Of a DNA stretch of 35,953 bases, positions 32,346 to 35,953 are shown one piece after another. The translations under genes were made by a program, and so were the position numbers. Source of the stretch: a virus. Lineage: Duplodnaviria > Caudoviricetes. Location: IMG/VR virus record IMGVR_UViG_3300027819_000036, positions 1-35,953 of that record; one strand, given 5' to 3'. The notes beneath the pieces are model-generated. The model saw nothing but the letters and a program-made list of their open reading frames with translations. It had not been told where the DNA came from and made no database searches. Position 1 is the stretch's first letter; each line of letters opens with the position of its first letter.

Positions 32346-32929
32346 GGTACCGCACGATCGTGGCCGATCCACCGTGGCCGATTGCGGATGGGCGGTCTCG
32401 GCCGTGGGCCAGAAAGGTAGGACGGCGTTGGCGCGACAGTTTCCTGCCCTACTCACTGATGTCGGTCGGGGCTATCTGTGCGCTCCCGGTAGCGGATCTG
32501 GCCGAGCCGGATGCCCACCTGTTTCTGTGGGTGACGTCTGGATTCAATCGAGAGGGGATCGGTGTTCGGGTCGTGCGTGCGTGGGGTTTTGAGGTCGTGA
32601 GCGAGATTGTCTGGGAAAAGAACCAGATGGGGCTCGGCGCATTCCCTCGGCCAGCGCACGAGATTCTCCTGGTGTGTCGGCGCGGGAAACTTCCCTTCGC
32701 GGGACCGCGCAACGTGCGCTCAGTCCAGCACTGGAAATGCGTCTACCTGGAGAACAACGGTGGCAAGCGCCACTCGGCGAAACCACAGGCCGCGCTCGAT
32801 CTCGTTGAGAGCGTGAGTCCTGGCCCATACGTGGAGCTCTTCGCCCGGCCTCCGCACAGGCTGGGCTGGGACGTCCACGGGTTCGAGTCCGCCAATACCG
32901 CGCAATGGACGACTGATGGGGTGTCCTGA
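32342..32929 (+). CDS. MT-A70 family adenine methyltransferase
   Basis: YRTIVADPPW, AHLFLWVT, AWGF, VWEK, HEILLVCRRG, HSAKP, YVELFAR, GWDVHG. Confidence 0.93.
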   Translation: MRYRTIVADPPWPIADGRSRPWARKVGRRWRDSFLPYSLMSVGAICALPVADLAEPDAHLFLWVTSGFNREGIGVRVVRAWGFEVVSEIVWEKNQMGLGAFPRPAHEILLVCRRGKLPFAGPRNVRSVQHWKCVYLENNGGKRHSAKPQAALDLVESVSPGPYVELFARPPHRLGWDVHGFESANTAQWTTDGVS

Positions 32930-33162
32930 TGGAACAAATAACGCACCGGACGACGCACAAAGAGCCGACCTACGCCGTCGGCGACCAGGTGGAGCTCTAC
33001 TACGGGCGGGGCAAGGTGTGGCGGATCACGGCGATCGACGCGTGTGAAGAGCAGAGGTCGTCGATGGTAGTCGCGCGCTTCGCCCTGCGCCTGTACGTGC
33101 TGAGCGACGGCCACCGCGAGCGCACGGTGTTCGAGCGGTCGATCGTGAGGAGGGCCGCGTGA
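32929..33162 (+). CDS. Hypothetical SH3-like small protein
   Basis: TGATG coupling; YAVGDQVEL. Confidence 0.55.
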   Translation: MEQITHRTTHKEPTYAVGDQVELYYGRGKVWRITAIDACEEQRSSMVVARFALRLYVLSDGHRERTVFERSIVRRAA

Positions 33163-33836
33163 GAATCCTGGACCTGTTCTGTGGCGCCGGCGGTGCCTCT
33201 ATGGGGCTGCACCAGGCGTTCCCGGACGCGGAGATCGTCGGGGTGGACATTCTGCCCCAGAAGCATTACCCGTTCACGTTCGTCCAGGCCGACGCGATGA
33301 CCTACCCACTCGACGGGTTCGACTTCGTATGGGCGAGTCCACCCTGCCATGGGTACAGCCGGCTGAGGCACTTGCCATGGCTCAGGGATCGGACTTGGCC
33401 CCTGTTGATTGAGCCCATGCGCGCGAAACTCCTGGCCTGGGGCGGTCCGTGGATCGTGGAGAACGTCGCTGACGCCCCGCTGGACGGAGTCACGCTCTGT
33501 GGGTTGACGTTCGGACTTCCGGTCTATCGGCACCGACTGTTTGAGGCGCCGTTCCTGATCCTCGCGCCCACCCACCAACGGCACGACGAGGTGATCGGGC
33601 ACGGCCGACTGGTGAACGATCGCCGCAGAGGAACCCTGAATGCGGGTTCCTCTGCGGGTACCTGGGGAACCAGTCGCATCGTCACGGTGGCAGGCGGACA
33701 GTTCCGGAAGGCTGACGGAGAGCGGGCGCTCGGCATCGACTGGATGAGCAAGGACGAGCTCTCACAGGCAATTCCGCCGGCGTACTCGCGCTACCTGGCC
33801 GCGTTTATCCCGCTCCCTGTCGAGGCCGCCGCGTGA
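33159..33836 (+). CDS. Compact C5-cytosine DNA methyltransferase
   Basis: ILDLFCGAGG (motif I), WASPPC (IV), IVENV (VI), RHRLFE (VIII), SQAIPPAY (X). Confidence 0.9.
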   Translation: MRILDLFCGAGGASMGLHQAFPDAEIVGVDILPQKHYPFTFVQADAMTYPLDGFDFVWASPPCHGYSRLRHLPWLRDRTWPLLIEPMRAKLLAWGGPWIVENVADAPLDGVTLCGLTFGLPVYRHRLFEAPFLILAPTHQRHDEVIGHGRLVNDRRRGTLNAGSSAGTWGTSRIVTVAGGQFRKADGERALGIDWMSKDELSQAIPPAYSRYLAAFIPLPVEAAA

Positions 33837-34033
33837 CGACCCGCTACGTGTACGTCGGCGACAAGGCAGCCAGGGTGTACGGCTCGCCCTGGCTGGGCCA
33901 GATCTGCGAGCGAGAAGATGGCTGGCCGTGGCGTGTGCAAGCACTCGTGCGATTCGCGGACGGGACACTCGTCGCCGCGTACTGGCGGTGCTTGCGGAGG
34001 ATCCGGGCGCAGCTCGGCGGTCGGGCAACGTGA
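33833..34033 (+). CDS. Hypothetical protein (66 aa)
   Basis: GTGA coupling at both ends; ALVRFADG. Confidence 0.6.
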   Translation: MTTRYVYVGDKAARVYGSPWLGQICEREDGWPWRVQALVRFADGTLVAAYWRCLRRIRAQLGGRAT

Positions 34034-34576
34034 CCGTCCTCGTCGACGGCTGGTGCGTGGTGCACGGCGACGTCTCCACACCGGACGGCCGCTGCAACGT
34101 CAACGGCTGCGGCAAACACCTCGTCAACGGGATCACGACCGAGTCGGTCGAGCGCCAGCGGCGAGAGTCGGTGGCGCTCGACACAGGGGGGGACCGTTGC
34201 CGCTCCAGCGCAGCAGTCGATCGTGCTGCCGGCCACGCGGACGGCGCGCCGCTGGATGGACGACACGCGGGCCCTCGTCGAGGAGTGGACGGCGCAGCGC
34301 ACCGAGGCAACCGATCGAGAGATGGCGGCCAGGCGCGAGTCGACCGACCTGGCGCGTCTCGTCCTGGCGTTTGAGGGTCTCCTGCGGCAGGTGACGATCG
34401 CGCCGCCGCCCGCACCGACACCCGGAACGTCCTCGTTTCGGCTGGACGGGCGCTGGGCGAGAGGCTACGACGCCTGCACGGGTTGCGGGCGGACGACCGT
34501 CAAGCACGCCGCGCGGGGACTCTGCAGGACGTGCGACACCGCGAGACGGTACCGGGAAGCGAGGGGGAAAACGTGA
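34030..34576 (+). pseudogene. Zinc-finger/coiled-coil gene interrupted by a +1 frameshift at G7 (34186-34192)
   Basis: GC3-rich frame from GTG 34030 switches frame at the G run; G6 would give one 181-aa ORF ending in a GTGA overlap with the next gene. Confidence 0.7.
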
Positions 34577-34707
34577 GCGAGCTGACGATCGCGGACAACC
34601 TGGGCGCGTTGCGGAGCCTCGGGCTGATCGACTACCTGCCCGGGCGGAACGTGGTGGCGACGGCGCTCCTCTTCCCGGCGGGCCTCGCGGCGACAGGCGG
34701 CGCATGA
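34573..34707 (+). CDS. 44-aa ORF, probable gene remnant
   Basis: GTGA/ATGA coupling at both ends; DNLGALRSLGLIDY..G..VVATALLF. Confidence 0.5.
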   Translation: MSELTIADNLGALRSLGLIDYLPGRNVVATALLFPAGLAATGGA

Positions 34708-35384
34708 TTGCGACCCCCGACCGCACGGAAGAGGGCCTCTCGGCGGCCCTCTTCGAGGAGACCTACTCGCCGGGCAGCGTGCGCTTCTGGCTCGCCCACT
34801 GGATCGAGCTGCAAACGCTCGCCAGTCAGGGCGGAGACCGTGCCACGGTCCGTCGCCAGACGGGGAAATACGGGCGTGGCGGCGAGCCCGAGTACGAGGA
34901 CGTGGCCATGGTGGCCGGCTGGGTGAGCCTGGACGGCGTAGAGTGGGCAGGCGGGCCGTCCAGGAACGCGGACCTGGCCGATCACCTGGCGCGCGAGTAC
35001 AGCCTCATCTGCCTCTGGTGGGATGCCCCGCGAGCGCCTCAGCGCCTCACCCAGCTGGAGCGCCGCGAGTTCTGCATCTGCGCGCGCAAGGACCTCTGGA
35101 GCGCCAACCTGCCGGGCGCCGGCGGCATCGGCGAGCCTGGCAAGCGGGCCGCCCGGCTGATCGCCGACCTGGAGATCGCCGCCGACGGGCTCTGTCCGAC
35201 CTGGAGCAGCACCCGGCGCGTCTTCGACCAGCAGCAGCGACTGAGTGTCCTGCAGACGCGGCGTGGCGCACTCGCCGATCCCGCGGCCTGGCAGCGCGTC
35301 ATGGGCCCCGACCCTGGCTACGGCAGAGCACTCGCTCGCATGGCCGCAGACCTGGGCTGGGCGCGGCGGGACGATGACATTTGA
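34704..35384 (+). CDS. Hypothetical protein in the late-regulator position
   Basis: Last early gene before the late promoter; C-terminal GRALARMAADLGW helix. Confidence 0.7.
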   Translation: MIATPDRTEEGLSAALFEETYSPGSVRFWLAHWIELQTLASQGGDRATVRRQTGKYGRGGEPEYEDVAMVAGWVSLDGVEWAGGPSRNADLADHLAREYSLICLWWDAPRAPQRLTQLERREFCICARKDLWSANLPGAGGIGEPGKRAARLIADLEIAADGLCPTWSSTRRVFDQQQRLSVLQTRRGALADPAAWQRVMGPDPGYGRALARMAADLGWARRDDDI

Positions 35385-35409
35385 CGCCGCGGCTCGCAGC
35401 GCCGACAAT
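35381..35409 (+). promoter_or_regulatory. Putative late promoter
   Basis: TTGACG-17 bp-GACAAT overlapping the upstream stop codon. Confidence 0.6.
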
Positions 35410-35428
35410 GGGGGGGCCTTCGATGCGC

Positions 35429-35453
35429 GCGCCCTGGAGACGGGGCGCTTTTT
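35429..35453 (+). terminator. Intrinsic terminator just after the putative late promoter
   Basis: GCGCCCTG-GAGA-CGGGGCGC-TTTTT. Confidence 0.85.
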
Positions 35454-35684
35454 CATGCCCTACGCTCCGCCCCGCCCCTGCGTGGGAGAGTGGGGGTAGG
35501 GGGGAGTGGGTCTAGCAGCCGACCACTGCCCCGCCAGGGGGAGCGCAGCGACTCTCAGAGCGCAGCGACCGTCTCCCCGGCCCCGGCCGGCACACGACAC
35601 CAGCCGGCACACGCTGGCCGGACCACCGGCCCGGTCTACCCCGGTACCCGGCCAGGCCGGAGCACCCGCACGCGAGGAGCACCT

Positions 35685-35953
35685 GTGCCCATAGCTCCCC
35701 TCCGTCCCTGCGTCGTCTACCCCTGCCCGGCCCTGATCCAGCGTGGCCAGAGCCGATGCCCGGAGCACGCGCGCCAGGCGGATCAGCAGCGGGGGAGTAG
35801 CACGCAGCGTGGCTACGGCACGGACCACCGGCGGCTGCGGGCAGAGGCGATCAAGCGCCAGCCCTGGTGCGGTCGGTGCGGGCACACCGGCTCAGCCGAC
35901 AACCCACTGAGTGCCGACCACGTCCAGCCGAAGAGCCGCGGCGGGGCGAGTGA
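35685..35953 (+). CDS. HNH endonuclease, 5' part (continues through the join to position 200)
   Basis: GAGGAG RBS, GTG; MPIAPLRPCVVYPCPAL...RCPEH...RGSSTQRGYGTDHRRLR. Confidence 0.9.
   Translation, partial: MPIAPLRPCVVYPCPALIQRGQSRCPEHARQADQQRGSSTQRGYGTDHRRLRAEAIKRQPWCGRCGHTGSADNPLSADHVQPKSRGGAS
35812..35953 (+). repeat. Terminal direct repeat, right copy
   Basis: Matches 1-142 with one mismatch. Confidence 0.97.

Larger units (their letters stand above)
1..35953. mobile_element. Complete temperate siphovirus (HK97-like head, lambdoid organisation), excised/circular form, unit length 35,811 bp
   Basis: Full set of packaging, head, tail, lysis, integration, immunity and replication modules; 142-nt terminal overlap; unsplit attP; no host flanking genes. 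Confidence 0.95.

Noticed and set aside
30847-33836. Restriction-modification system (VRR-NUC plus methyltransferases)
   Set aside because: Single-domain phage VRR-NUC proteins are junction-processing nucleases commonly found at this position; nothing links this one to the methyltransferases.
380-35384. Alternative genetic code, introns or inteins in core genes
   Set aside because: Core genes are uninterrupted and of normal length under code 11; TAG and TGA both act as stops.

Overview
The window is very probably one complete, circularly assembled temperate siphovirus genome of 35,811 bp. Bases 1-142 repeat at 35812-35953 with one mismatch, and an HNH gene reads through the join. It is high-GC and its gene order is lambdoid/HK97-like. 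The head module runs HNH, cos region, P27-type TerS, TerL, portal, S49 protease and HK97-fold capsid, followed by an accessory head block that includes a plant-type LRR protein. Next come the neck genes, two paralogous tail-tube genes and a tail chaperone with a -1 frameshift. An antisense secreted thermonuclease-Excalibur gene sits before the tape measure, tail tip and a GH25 lysis cassette with no recognisable spanins. A leftward three-gene operon with duplicated gene starts lies next to an intact attP (3' half of tRNA-Trp). Then follow a tyrosine integrase, a HIRAN protein, a LexA/CI-type repressor opposite an RHH 'cro', early and recombination genes, a replication initiator with an internal origin, three different DNA methyltransferases, and a late promoter/terminator followed by a structured 230-bp leader. 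The most unusual elements are the late leader (promoter, immediate terminator, duplicated HNH start and repeat-bearing stems), the cassette-like operon beside attP, the LRR head-region protein, the nuclease moron, the paralogous tail tubes and a G7 frameshift in an early gene. All family calls come from motif recognition by eye; no searches were run.
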